A program made the translations under genes and the position numbers. A stretch of 64,000 nt of DNA from an uncultured Actinomycetota bacterium (lineage in GTDB: Bacteria; Actinomycetota; Actinomycetes; Actinomycetales; CAWJMD01): positions 938,295 through 1,002,294 of the forward strand of contig CAWJMD010000001.1 in NCBI GenBank assembly GCA_963843835.1. Direction: 5' to 3'. Positions 47,112-57,271 of the stretch are shown here, in pieces (the stretch's first letter is position 1; every line of letters starts with the position of its first letter). Under the pieces are notes generated by a model. It ran no database searches. It was not told the DNA's origin and was given only the letters and a program-made list of their open reading frames with translations.

Positions 47112-47880
47112 CGAGGACCGCCTGCCCTTCGCTCGACAGCACGAACTCCACGAACGCCTGTGCCGCAGCGCTGTTCGGCGCTCCCTCGAGGACGGCCAGC
47201 GGGTAGTCGTTGACCGCCCGGTCCGCCTCCGCGAACTCGATGCCCTCGACGGCGCCACCGGCGGCCAGGACGTCGGTGCGGTACACCAGTGCCGCGTCGA
47301 CCTCACCGAGCCGAACCTGCATCAGGGCGGCCTTCACGTCCTGCTCCAGGGTGTCGGGGGCGGGCGTGAGACCGGCTGCGGCGAAAACCTTCTCGGCGGC
47401 CGCACCGCACGGCACCTCGGGGGCGCAGAGGCCGATCGTGCGCGCCGGGTCGGCGAGGTCGGTCAGCCCGGTGACGCCGGCGGGGTTGCCCGCGGGCACC
47501 GCGATCTCGAGACGGTTGCGAGCGAAGACCACGGGATCGGACGTCGTGAGCGCCGCGTCGGTCAGGATCTCCATGGGCGCCGGAGCGGCCGACGCGAAGA
47601 CGTCGGCCGGGGCGCCGGAGACGACCTGCTGCGCGAGGGACGAGCTGGCGCCGAAGTTGAAGGTCACTGTGAGGTCGGGGTTCTCGGCCATCAGGTCGTC
47701 GCCGATCTGCGTGAAGGCCTCGGTCAGGGACGCGGCGGCGAAGACTGTGAGGTCTCCGCTCGGTGCTCCGGGGTCCGTCGACGTCGCACCGGCGGACGAA
47801 GGCCCCCCGCACCCCGCCAGCACGGTGGCGACCACCGCCAGTCCGGCGGGCGCGAGGGTCGCCCGCGGCAGGAGTCTCAC
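47086..47880 (-). CDS. modA: Molybdate-binding lipoprotein
   Basis: VLAGC lipobox, VFAAASLTEAF, FGASSSLA, APADVFASA, VPCGAA, EQDVK, VYRTD. Confidence 0.93.
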   Translation of the reverse strand: MRLLPRATLAPAGLAVVATVLAGCGGPSSAGATSTDPGAPSGDLTVFAAASLTEAFTQIGDDLMAENPDLTVTFNFGASSSLAQQVVSGAPADVFASAAPAPMEILTDAALTTSDPVVFARNRLEIAVPAGNPAGVTGLTDLADPARTIGLCAPEVPCGAAAEKVFAAAGLTPAPDTLEQDVKAALMQVRLGEVDAALVYRTDVLAAGGAVEGIEFAEADRAVNDYPLAVLEGAPNSAAAQAFVEFVLSSEGQAVLDDAGFDRP

Positions 47881-48284
47881 GGCCGCTCCGCCAGCTCGAC
47901 CACGACGTTGGTGGCCTTGATGCTGGCGACGGCCGCGGTGCCGACCTCCAGCCCCAGCTCGTCGACCGCCTCGCGGCTCAGCAGGGAGACGACGCGGAAG
48001 GGACCGCACTGCAGCTCGACCTGCGCCATCACGGTGTCCCTGGTGACCTTGGTGACGATGCCGCGCAGACGGTTGCGGGCCGACGCGGCGGGGGCGTGGA
48101 AGCCGTCGGGGTCGGCGGCGACGGCCTGGGCCAGGACGGCCAGGTCGGTGCCCTCCACGACGGTCCGGCCACCCTCGGCGCGCGACAGGGTGATGCGTCC
48201 CTGGTCGGCCCAGCGGCGCAGCGTGTCGTCGCTGACCCCCAGCAGGGACGCTGCCTCGCGGACGGTGAACCGGGTCGCGGTCAT
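47877..48284 (-). CDS. HTH + TOBE molybdate-responsive regulator
   Basis: AASLLGVSDDTLRRW HTH; SARNRLRG...ASIKATNVVVE TOBE. Confidence 0.88.
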   Translation of the reverse strand: MTATRFTVREAASLLGVSDDTLRRWADQGRITLSRAEGGRTVVEGTDLAVLAQAVAADPDGFHAPAASARNRLRGIVTKVTRDTVMAQVELQCGPFRVVSLLSREAVDELGLEVGTAAVASIKATNVVVELAERP

Positions 48285-48297
48285 GCCGGCAGCCTAG

Positions 48298-48340
48298 CCG
48301 CAGATGCGGCGCCTTGTGGGCGACGAAGCCGCAAGTGCGG
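48298..48340. promoter_or_regulatory. Two CCGCA-N2-TGCGG palindromes upstream of the mod operon
   Basis: CCGCAGATGCGG (48298-48309) and CCGCAAGTGCGG (48329-48340), adjacent to a minus-strand TAGGCT -10. Confidence 0.65.
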
Positions 48341-48353
48341 ATCGACGCCAGGG

Positions 48354-48938
48354 TCAGAGGCGCTGATCCCGGACGAGACCCGCCACGCGCCGCACCCGCG
48401 CGGGCAGGTCCGGCGGCGTCTCGTCGGGCAGCGCGTCCACGTCGAACCAGGCCACGTCGAGGCTCTCGTCGCTGACGCTGGGCCGGGCGCCGTCGGCGAC
48501 GACCGCGGCGAAGGCCACGTCCAGGTGCTCGCGGCAGCGTCCGAATGCTCCGGAGAGCGCATGACGGTCCAGGTCGACGGGCACGTCGGTCGCCAGCTCG
48601 AGGTCGGCCAGGCCGGACTCCTCGCGGCCCTCGCGCCGGGCGACGGCGGCCAGGTCGGCGTCGCCGGGCTCGCAGTGGCCGCCGAACTGCACCCAGAAGC
48701 CGCCCTTGGCGTGGTGGGTCAGCAGCACGCGGCGGCCGGTGGGGTCCAGCACGAAGCACGAGGCGGTCAGGTGCGCGGGTGGGCCGTCCTTCCACACGCC
48801 GTCCGTGTGAGTGTCGAGGTGGGCCAGGTACCCCCGGCGAAGGGAGTCTTGACCGGGGGAGGGCGGCGTCCAGCCCGAGAGCAGTCGAACCGCGTGGGCG
48901 TGCAACGAGTTCCGGCTACCCGCAGCAGGGGCGCTCAC
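48354..48938 (-). CDS. NUDIX hydrolase
   Basis: HLTASCFV, GGHCEPGD......ARREGREESG Nudix box. Confidence 0.9.
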   Translation of the reverse strand: MSAPAAGSRNSLHAHAVRLLSGWTPPSPGQDSLRRGYLAHLDTHTDGVWKDGPPAHLTASCFVLDPTGRRVLLTHHAKGGFWVQFGGHCEPGDADLAAVARREGREESGLADLELATDVPVDLDRHALSGAFGRCREHLDVAFAAVVADGARPSVSDESLDVAWFDVDALPDETPPDLPARVRRVAGLVRDQRL

Positions 48939-50257
48939 TCGCCGTCCAGCAGCTCACGCAGCGCGTCGTCGACGTCGGAGTCGGTGCGCGACCGCTCGGC
49001 CCAGGACGCGGCGTACCCGAGCGGGTCGTCGAGGTCGGCGGTCGTCGGCATCAGGTCGGGGTGCTGCCACACCTCGTCGCGGGCCGCGGTGCCGTGCTGG
49101 GCCGCCATCGCCCCCCACAGCGCCGCGGCGTCCCGCAGGCGGCGCGGTCGCAGCTCCAGCCCGACCAGCGTGGCGAGGGTGTGCTCGGCGGGGCCGCCCG
49201 TGGCGCGCCGCCGCCGCACGGCCTCACGCAGGCGCGCCGCCTCGGGCAGCTGCTCGCGGGCTGCGGCGTCGGTCACCTCGTCCACCCAGCCCTCCACCAG
49301 GGCCAGCGTGGTCTCCAGCCGGGTCAGGGTGGCCTGCTGCGCGGGCGTGCGCTGAGGCTCGAAGACGCCGCCGGTGAGGGCCTGCTGCAGGGCGGCGGGG
49401 TCGGTCGCGTCGACGTTGCGCACGGCCTCCTCGATGGCGGCCGAGTCGATGGTGATGCCGCGGGCGAACTCCTCCACCGACGTCAGCAGGTGGGAGCGCA
49501 GCCAGCCGGCGTGCGCGAAGAGCCGGGCGTGGGCGTTCTCGCGCAGCGCGAGATAGAGGCGCACCTCGTCGGCCGGGACGCCCAACCCCTCGCCGAAGGC
49601 CGCGACGTTCGTCGGTAGCAGCGCGGTCGTGCCCGGGCCGCTCAGGGGCAGGCCGATGTCGAACGCGCTGACCACCTCGCCTGCGAGGGCCCCGACGGCC
49701 TGGCCGACCTGCAGCCCGAACACGGTGCCCGCCAGACGCCGCATCATCGAGCCCGCCTGGTCGAGCATCTCGCGCATCTCCTCCGGTGCCTGCTCGGCCA
49801 TCGCCGCGGCCAGCGCCGTCGAGACCGACTCGGCCACCGGCTCGGCGAGGCGCCGCCACGTGGGCAGGGTCGCCTCGACCCACTCGGCGCGCGACCAGGC
49901 GTGCTCGTCCGCACCGACGCCGGGCACCGTCGTGACCGGGTCGAGCCACAGGGCGGCCACGCGCAGGGCGTCGAGCGACGCGCGGCGGGCGCTGTCGCCG
50001 ACGCTGGCGTCACCCGAGGCGGCCGTGACCTGACGGGCGGTGTCGCCGGCGAGGGTCCAGTTCAGGGGGCCGTCCCCGCCCGTCGCCATCATCTGCTGCA
50101 CCTGGGCCATGGCCTGGCGGATCATGGCCGGGTCGATGCTCCCGAGGTCCAGCCCCATGCTCTGGAGCTGGTCGCGCTCCTCCGGGGTCAGGTCGCCCGA
50201 GGTGAGCCGGGCCAGGAGCTCGGAGATCGGGTCCTGCTCGCCGGGCTGCTCAGTCAT
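48935..50257 (-). CDS. Zincin-like putative hydrolase (Rv3195-like)
   Basis: WSRAEWVEATLP.W, LRENAHARLF, LALVEGWVD, LRPRRLRDAA. Confidence 0.85.
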   Translation of the reverse strand: MTEQPGEQDPISELLARLTSGDLTPEERDQLQSMGLDLGSIDPAMIRQAMAQVQQMMATGGDGPLNWTLAGDTARQVTAASGDASVGDSARRASLDALRVAALWLDPVTTVPGVGADEHAWSRAEWVEATLPTWRRLAEPVAESVSTALAAAMAEQAPEEMREMLDQAGSMMRRLAGTVFGLQVGQAVGALAGEVVSAFDIGLPLSGPGTTALLPTNVAAFGEGLGVPADEVRLYLALRENAHARLFAHAGWLRSHLLTSVEEFARGITIDSAAIEEAVRNVDATDPAALQQALTGGVFEPQRTPAQQATLTRLETTLALVEGWVDEVTDAAAREQLPEAARLREAVRRRRATGGPAEHTLATLVGLELRPRRLRDAAALWGAMAAQHGTAARDEVWQHPDLMPTTADLDDPLGYAASWAERSRTDSDVDDALRELLDGE

Positions 50258-50378
50258 GGTCCGTCCTCGCTCGCGGGGCTGGGAGATGATCGTCGTGCCG
50301 GGCAGGTGCGTCGTTTCGTCGCGCCGCACGACCTGCCCACCACCATCCTGACAACCTGGTCAACCGAGCGGAGATGCA

Positions 50379-51491
50379 GTGGGTTCCCACACCGGTGTTC
50401 GCCCTCGGCGCACAGCGCGCCGACGCGGGCTCACGGTCGCCGTCACGAACGCCGCTGGCCCCGCGGGTCGTGCGGTGGTGCGGGCCCTGCGCGATCACGC
50501 CGGGATCGGCCCGGTCGTGGCCGTGGACACCCGGCGTGGCGCGGTCGAGGGGGTGACGTGGCGGCTCGCCGACCCGTCGTCGCCGTCGGTCGGCCGCCAC
50601 CTCGAGGGCGTGGACGCGATCGTGCACCTGGCCTGCGTCGACGTCCTCGGCCCGGCCCTGCTGCTCGACGGCCGCGCACGCCGGGCGAAGACGGTCCGCG
50701 CGGCGCAGGCCGTCCTCACGGCCGCTGCCGCGGTGGGCGCGAGCCAGGTCGTCGTCGTCACCTCGGCGATGGTGTACGGAGCGCCGCCCGACAACCCGGT
50801 GCCGATCCCTGAGGGGGCACCGCTGGCAGCCGTGCCGGACGACGGGCTGGTCGGGGACCTGCTCGAGGTGGAGCAGGTCGCGGCGGCGGCCGTGCGTTCC
50901 CATCCGGGCCTGGGGGTCGCCGTCGTGCGGCCTGGCGCGCTGGTCGGGCCCGGTGTCGACACCGTGATCACGCGGCACTTCGAGGCGCCCCGGCTGCTGG
51001 CGCTGAAGGACGACCGGATGGCGTGGCAGTTCTGCCACGTCGACGACCTCGCCTCCGCCGTGGCGCTGACCGTCACGGCCGGGCTGGACGGTCCGCTCAC
51101 GGTGGCGTCCCCCGGCGCGCTGAACCAGGCCGCGGTCGAGGGCCTCAGCGGCATGCGCCGGATCGAGCTGCCGAGCGCGCTGGCGTTCTCGACCGCCGAG
51201 CGGCTGCACCGGCTCGGGGTGCTCCCGACGCCGGCGGGGGACCTCGCCTACGTCGTGCACCCGTGGGTGGTGGGGTCGGCCCGGCTGAGGGAGGCCGGCT
51301 GGTCGGCCGTGTACGACAACGAGACCTGTCTCGGCGTCCTGATGGCCGAGGTCAGCGGACGGAACGCGCTCGCGGCCCGGCGCGTCGGGGGCAAGGACGC
51401 CGCGCTGGGGGCGGCGGGTGCCGCGGTCGCCGTCGTCGGGACGGCGGCGGTCTGGCGGCAGGCGCGCGCCCGGCGTCGTCGGGGTGGCTGA
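50379..51491 (+). CDS. NAD-dependent epimerase/dehydratase family protein
   Basis: VAVTNAAG..G, DAIVHLA, TSAMVYGA..DN, QFCHVDDLA. Confidence 0.85.
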   Translation: MGSHTGVRPRRTARRRGLTVAVTNAAGPAGRAVVRALRDHAGIGPVVAVDTRRGAVEGVTWRLADPSSPSVGRHLEGVDAIVHLACVDVLGPALLLDGRARRAKTVRAAQAVLTAAAAVGASQVVVVTSAMVYGAPPDNPVPIPEGAPLAAVPDDGLVGDLLEVEQVAAAAVRSHPGLGVAVVRPGALVGPGVDTVITRHFEAPRLLALKDDRMAWQFCHVDDLASAVALTVTAGLDGPLTVASPGALNQAAVEGLSGMRRIELPSALAFSTAERLHRLGVLPTPAGDLAYVVHPWVVGSARLREAGWSAVYDNETCLGVLMAEVSGRNALAARRVGGKDAALGAAGAAVAVVGTAAVWRQARARRRRGG

Positions 51492-51638
51492 CGGCCCGCT
51501 GACCAGGGGCGAGCCGACCGGCCGCTCCCAGGATCGGCCCGTAGGCTGCCCGGACACGGTCCGGGAACCGCAGAGCGCCCGGGGCCGTTCGGCACAACAA
51601 CGGGGTCTTCCCCGCAGACCCCGCAAGGAGACAGCTCG

Positions 51639-52760
51639 GTGACGTTCCAGGACACGCGCACGACGGACACGTTCGAGGTCGCGCCGGCCGCCGACCCCAA
51701 CCGGATGGACTCGCGGACCTGGACGATGCTGTTCAGCGGCGTCGCCGCGATCCTGCTGTTCGCGCTCGCGACGATGCTGCCGCTGCCGTACGCCCTGATG
51801 AAGCCGGGGCCGGTGCGCGACGTGCTCGGCGAGGCGGGCGGGACGCCCCTGATCAGCATCGAGGGCCGCGAGACGTACCCCACCAGCGGCAGCCTGGACC
51901 TGCTGACGGTGCGCGTCACCGGGGGCCCGGGCTCAGCCACGACGCTGTGGGACGTGCTCGGCGGCTGGGTCGACTCGACCGTCGCCGTCCGGCCCGTCGA
52001 CGAGGTGTTCCCGCCCGACGTGAGCGAGGCCGACATCGAGGCCGAGAACGCCGCCGAGATGGTGACGTCGCAGGAGACCGCGACCGCGGCCGCGCTGGGC
52101 GAGCTCGACATCGCCGTCCCCACGACGCTGACCGTCGCCGGGTTCGCCGAGAACGCGCCGGCCGACGGCCAGCTCGAGGCCGACGACGTCATCACCTCGG
52201 TCGACGGGGTGGAGATCACCGACCTGCCGCAGCTGCGCGACGCGCTCCAGGAGGCGAACCCGGGTCAGCAGGTCGCCGTGGGCGTGACGCGCGACGGCGA
52301 AGAGCAGACCATCGACGTGACCACGCTCGGCGACGGGAAGGGACGCACGATCCTCGGCGTCTTCGTCGACCCGACCTACACCTTCCCGTTCGACGTGAAG
52401 ATCGCGATCGAGGACATCGGTGGGCCCAGCGCCGGGATGATGTTCGCGCTCGGCATCGTCGACAAGCTCACTCCGGGCGAGATGACCGGCGGGGAGAACG
52501 TCGCCGGGACCGGCACGATCGACTCGGACGGGAGCGTCGGGCCGATCGGCGGCATCCAGCAGAAGCTCGTCGGGGCCTCGGACGCGGGGGCGGACTGGTT
52601 CCTCGCCCCGAGCGACAACTGCAACGAGGTCACCGGCCACGTGCCTGACGGCCTGCAGGTGATCGAGGTCTCGACGCTGGCCGAGGCGCGCGACGCCGTC
52701 GAGGCGATCGGCACGGGCGACCAGGCCGCTCTCGACGCGATGCCGAGCTGCCGGGGCTAG
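51639..52760 (+). CDS. YlbL-like PDZ / Lon-type S16 protease
   Basis: GSLDLLTV, PDZ region, IGGPSAGMMFAL (Ser), GPIGGIQQK (Lys). Confidence 0.92.
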   Translation: MTFQDTRTTDTFEVAPAADPNRMDSRTWTMLFSGVAAILLFALATMLPLPYALMKPGPVRDVLGEAGGTPLISIEGRETYPTSGSLDLLTVRVTGGPGSATTLWDVLGGWVDSTVAVRPVDEVFPPDVSEADIEAENAAEMVTSQETATAAALGELDIAVPTTLTVAGFAENAPADGQLEADDVITSVDGVEITDLPQLRDALQEANPGQQVAVGVTRDGEEQTIDVTTLGDGKGRTILGVFVDPTYTFPFDVKIAIEDIGGPSAGMMFALGIVDKLTPGEMTGGENVAGTGTIDSDGSVGPIGGIQQKLVGASDAGADWFLAPSDNCNEVTGHVPDGLQVIEVSTLAEARDAVEAIGTGDQAALDAMPSCRG

Positions 52761-53341
52761 GCCAGCGTGTCTGCCAGAGCGTGCACGAGGCCCGGGGCCA
52801 GGTCGGGCCCGGTGCCGACCGCGAAGTCGTGGTCGTTGCCCCGGGTGCGGACGGCGCACGACGAGGTGCCGTCGCGCAGCAGGCCGACGGCGAGCCGCAC
52901 GTCCTGCCGCTCCGGGTGGGCCATCAGCACGTCGAGGGCCTCGTCGGGGCTCTCCGGCAGGTCGCGCTCCGCCTCGGGCGGCACCACGAAGCGCTCAACG
53001 ACGACGGCGGCGCCGTCCACCGCCTCGGGCCAGGTGATCCGTCCGAGGATCTCCTCGACGGTGTCCCCGTCCGGCAGGCCCTCCTGCTCGACCGAGGTGA
53101 TGTGCTCGGGGTCGGCGTCGGCGCTGGCCACCAGGTCTGGCGGCAGCTGCTCCCGCAGGGAGCTGTCGCGCTCCATCGCCTCGGCGGTCCGGATCAGCGC
53201 GAACACGCGTAGCGGGCCGTCCCAGCCCCCGCGCGCCACGTGGCGCTCCAGCTCGCGCACGGCGCGGTCGAGCGGGCCGTCGGCCCGTCCTGCGGGTGCG
53301 TCGGTTCGTCCGGGTTCGTCGCGTCCTGGTTCCACCTGCAC
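52757..53341 (-). CDS. PPA1309-family protein
   Basis: ELERHVARGGWD.P.RVFAL, I.WPEAVDGAA, HPERQDVRL; conserved position between the PDZ-Lon and UPF0182 genes. Confidence 0.8.
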   Translation of the reverse strand: MQVEPGRDEPGRTDAPAGRADGPLDRAVRELERHVARGGWDGPLRVFALIRTAEAMERDSSLREQLPPDLVASADADPEHITSVEQEGLPDGDTVEEILGRITWPEAVDGAAVVVERFVVPPEAERDLPESPDEALDVLMAHPERQDVRLAVGLLRDGTSSCAVRTRGNDHDFAVGTGPDLAPGLVHALADTLA

Positions 53342-53407
53342 GCCACGATCCAAGCACGCCGTGAAAGGCTGTCTTTCACAGCGTCCCGACCAGAAGGTGT
53401 CCCTCAC

Positions 53408-56364
53408 GTGAGTTTCGCTCCCGCAGCGCAGTCCCGTCCGCCGAGGCCGGTGGGCCGTCGTCGCTCGCCGCTGCTCACCACGCTGGTCATCCTCGGCGCC
53501 CTCGCGCTGGTGCTCGGCCTCGTCGCCGAGCTGTGGACCGAGGTGCTCTGGTTCCGCCAGCTCGACGTGCTGGAGGTCTGGACCACGCGGCTGCTCTGGC
53601 AGACCGTGCTGTTCGTGGTCGGTGGCGGGCTGATGGCCGCCGCGGTCGCAGCCAGCCTGCTGGTGGCCTACCGCTCCCGGCCCGTCTACGCGCCGGTCGA
53701 CGCGGAGCAGCAGAGCCTCGACCGGTACCGCGAGAGCCTCGAGCCGCTGCGCCGCCTGGTGCTCGTGGTGGTGCCGCTCGGCCTCGGCCTCTTCGCCGGG
53801 TCGGCGGCGTCGCAGCAGTGGGAGACCGTGCTGCTGTTCATCAACGGCGGCGAGTTCGGCGTCAGCGACCCGCAGTTCGGCCTCGACATCAGCTTCTTCG
53901 TCTTCACGCTGCCGTTCCTGCGCTTCCTGCTCGGCTTCGCCACGGCGGTGCTCGTGCTGTCGCTGCTCGCGGGCGCGGGGACGCACTACCTGTACGGCGG
54001 GCTGCGGCTGCAGGGCAAGGGCCCGCGGACGACGCCGACGGCTCGTCGCCACCTCGCCGGGCTGCTCGCGGCCCTGGTGCTCGTGCAGGCGGGCTCGTAC
54101 TGGCTGGACCGGTACTCGCTTCTCACCGCTGACGGGCCTCTGATCGACGGCGCCACGTACACGGGCATCAACGCGGTGCTGCCGGCCAAGACGATCCTCG
54201 CGATGATCGCGGTCGTCGTTGCGGCGCTCTACGCGTACACCGTGTTCCGCGGCAGCTGGCGGCTCGCGGTCACCGGCCTCGTGCTGATGGTGGTTTCCGC
54301 GGTCGCGGTCGGCGGCGTCTACCCGGCGCTCGTCCAGCAGTTCCAGGTGAAACCGAGCCAGCTGACCCGTGAGGCGCCGTACCTGCAGCGCAACATCTCG
54401 GCGACGCGGGCGGCGTACGGGCTCGAGGACGTGCAGGTGCAGTCGTACGTTCCCGAGGTGACGGGCACGGCCGGCGCGCTCGCGGACGAGGCACAGACGG
54501 CGGCGAGCATCCGCCTGCTCGACCCCGCGCTGGTGAGCCCCGCGTTCCGGCAGCTGCAGCGCAACAAGCAGTACTACAACTTCTCCGACCCGCTCGACGT
54601 CGACCGGTACCAGATCGAGGGGGAGAGCCGCGACAGCGTGATCGCCGTCCGCGAGGTCGACCTGGGTGGCCTGTCGGGCAGCCAGCGCACGTGGGTCAAC
54701 GACCACACCGTCTACACGCACGGCTTCGGCGTGGTCGCGGCCTACGGCAACCAGCGCAGCGAGGACGGCCAGCCCGCGTTCTTCCAGCAGGGCATCCCGT
54801 CGAAGGGCGAGCTGGGCGACTACGAGCCGCGAATCTACTTCGGTGAGCGCTCGCCCACGTTCTCGATCGTCGGTGGTGAGGAGGGCGGCCCCAAGCGGGA
54901 GCTCGACTTCCCGACGGACGAGGACGGCGGCAACGGCCAGGCGAACACGACGTTCGCCGGCGACGGCGGCCCGAAGATGGGGGACCCCCTGACGCGGCTG
55001 CTGTACGCGCTGAAGTTCCGCGACCAGAACATCCTGCTGTCCGACAGCGTGAACAGCCAGTCGCAGATCCTCTACGACCGCACCCCGCGCGAACGGCTGG
55101 CGAAGGTGGCCCCGTTCCTCCAGTTCGACGGCGACCCGTACCCGGCCGTCGTCGACGGCCAGGTGCTGTGGATCGTGGACGGCTACACGACCACGGACGC
55201 GTACCCGTACTCCGAGCTGCAGCCGCTGGGGGAGACCACGACCGACTCGCTGACGTCCGCGAGCGAGGCGGCGCTGGCGGCGCGCGGCGACGTCAACTAC
55301 ATCCGCAACTCGGTCAAGGCCACGGTCAACGCCTACGACGGCAGCGTGAACCTGTACCGTGGGACGACCAGGACCCGCTGCTCAAGGCGTGGATGTCGGC
55401 CTTCCCCGGCGTCGTGAAGCCGATCTCGGAGGTCAGCGGCGACCTGATGTCGCACCTGCGCTACCCCGAGGACCTGTTCAAGGTGCAGCGCGAGGTCCTC
55501 GGTCGGTACCACGTGACCGACCCGGGCGCGTTCTTCATCGGCCAGGACTACTGGCAGACGCCGGACGACCCGACCAAGACGGGCGCCGAGACGGCCAACC
55601 AGCCGCCGTACTACCTGACCCTCCAGATGCCGGGCCAGGACACCGCGTCGTTCTCGCTGACCTCGACGTACATCCCGAGGTCGACGACCGAGAACGTCTC
55701 GAACGTGCTGACCGGGTTCGTGGCGGTGGACGCCGACGCGGGCGGTCAGACGGGCGAGAAGGCCGAGGGCTACGGCACGATGCGGCTGCTCCAGCTGCCG
55801 CGCAACAACGCCGTGTCCGGTCCTGGTCAGGTGCAGAACGAGTTCAACTCGGACGAGGCCCAGAACGAGCTGAACATCCGCCGACAGGGCAACTCGTCGC
55901 GGGTGACCAACGGCAACCTGCTGACCCTGCCGATCGGCGGCGGCCTGCTCTACGTGCAGCCGGTGTACTTCCAGTCGCAGGGTGAGACGTCGTACCCGCT
56001 GCTGCAGCGCGTGCTCGTCGCCTTCGGTGAGGAGATCGGGTACGCCCCGACGCTCGACGAGGCGCTCGACCAGGTGTTCGGTGGTGACTCCGGCGCGACC
56101 GCCGGTGACGCGGATGCCGCCGGGGGTGGTGGAGGCGGCACCACCGGTGGCGAGCCCGGCACGAACCTCGACGCGCAGCAGCGCCTACGGGCGGCGCTGG
56201 AGACGGCGCGCCAGGCGATCGTGGACGGGCAGACCGCGCTCGCGGCCCAGGACTTCGGGGCCTACGGCGACGCGCAGGATGCGCTCAAGAAGGCGGTCGA
56301 GGACGCGGCTGCGGCTGAGGCCGAGATCGCTGGGGGCGGTGCGACGCCTGCACCTGCGCCGTAG
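53408..56364 (+). CDS. UPF0182-family membrane protein, split by a 1-nt frameshift near 55358
   Basis: WTEVLWF, DPQFGLDISFF, HTVYTHG, EPRIYFGE, NYIRNSVKATVNAYDG in one frame; WDDQDPLL, HLRYPEDLFKVQR, GNLLTLP, LYVQPVY in the next. Confidence 0.9.
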
Positions 56365-56424
56365 GGGTTGGCCCAGGGACGGATTTGCCCTGGGAGGCAC
56401 CGGCCCGTAACGTAGTCGGTGCGA

Positions 56425-56498
56425 CGCGGGGTGGAGCAGCTCGGTAGCTCGCTGGGCTCATAACCCAGAGGTCGCAGGTTCAAATCCTGCCCCCGCTA
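56425..56498 (+). tRNA. tRNA-fMet (initiator, anticodon CAT)
   Basis: CGCGGGG acceptor with C1:T72 mismatch, GGG/CCC anticodon stem, CTCATAA loop, GGTTCAAATCC T-arm; CCA not encoded. Confidence 0.97.
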
Positions 56499-56506
56499 CA
56501 AGATGG

Positions 56507-56539
56507 AAGGCCCGGTCCAGTTCATCTGGACCGGGCCTT
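56507..56539 (+). terminator. Hairpin terminator after the tRNA
   Basis: aaggcccggtccag-ttcat-ctggaccgggcctt followed by T. Confidence 0.8.
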
Positions 56540-56835
56540 TCGCATCTTCCGTCACCGCGCGTGGCCCAGGCGGCATCATGTAGATGCCGCGGGCCGCAAG
56601 AAGCTCGCACACGCGAAGGGTGCCTCGGTCCGACCCGACCGCCCCGAGCAGCTGCCACGGACCACCAGAGCCAGGGCTCCACCCGACCAACCCTCGATCC
56701 CAGAACTAGCCGTATGCACCGATACGGCCTTTCCTTCGGGCGGTCACGAGATGCGCGCCCTTCTCAGGGATTGTCGAGCCGCGACGGTGGACACGTGATG
56801 TCGACCCTTGGCTCATGGCTTGTCCGCCTCGACTG

Positions 56836-56988
56836 TCAGAGCCCCGTTTGGTCCACGCCGTACTCGGCCTGCTCAGGCGTGAAGCCTTCGAACACCAGCT
56901 GGTCGATCAACCCCTTCCGGGAGAAGGACGTGTAGTCCAGGTACTCGCGCGCTGACTTAGCCGCCTGCTCGTTCCAGTCAGGGCTCAC
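56836..56988 (-). pseudogene. Ltp-family (superinfection-exclusion lipoprotein-type) C-terminal repeat fragment
   Basis: DWNEQAAKSAREYLDYTSFSRKGLIDQLVFEGFTPEQAEYGV; no signal peptide or lipobox upstream. Confidence 0.75.
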
Positions 56989-57271
56989 CTCGCATGTGCA
57001 GCCGACTCGCGCGGCAACTACGGTGCGCCGCCGCTGCGCGTAGGAGCTCCCTGTCGGACGTGTGGACCGGCGGCGGCAGGCATCTCGGTGCCCAGGTCGC
57101 CACCGAGTACGCCGCCATGACCCAGCCACGCTGACCTCCAGCCGACTCGCATGGCCGCCGAGCGACCGCCGGGTCCCGGGACTGTTGCCTCGTCGTCCCG
57201 TCGGGGCCTCAGAGATAGCGAAGAACTGCGTGGGGCGAAGCGCCGCAGGAGCCCGCGGTACCGTGCAGAAC

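Noticed and set aside
48935-50257. RExxH instead of HExxH in the zincin-like protein
   Set aside because: To my knowledge this substitution is typical of this actinobacterial family, not a local novelty.
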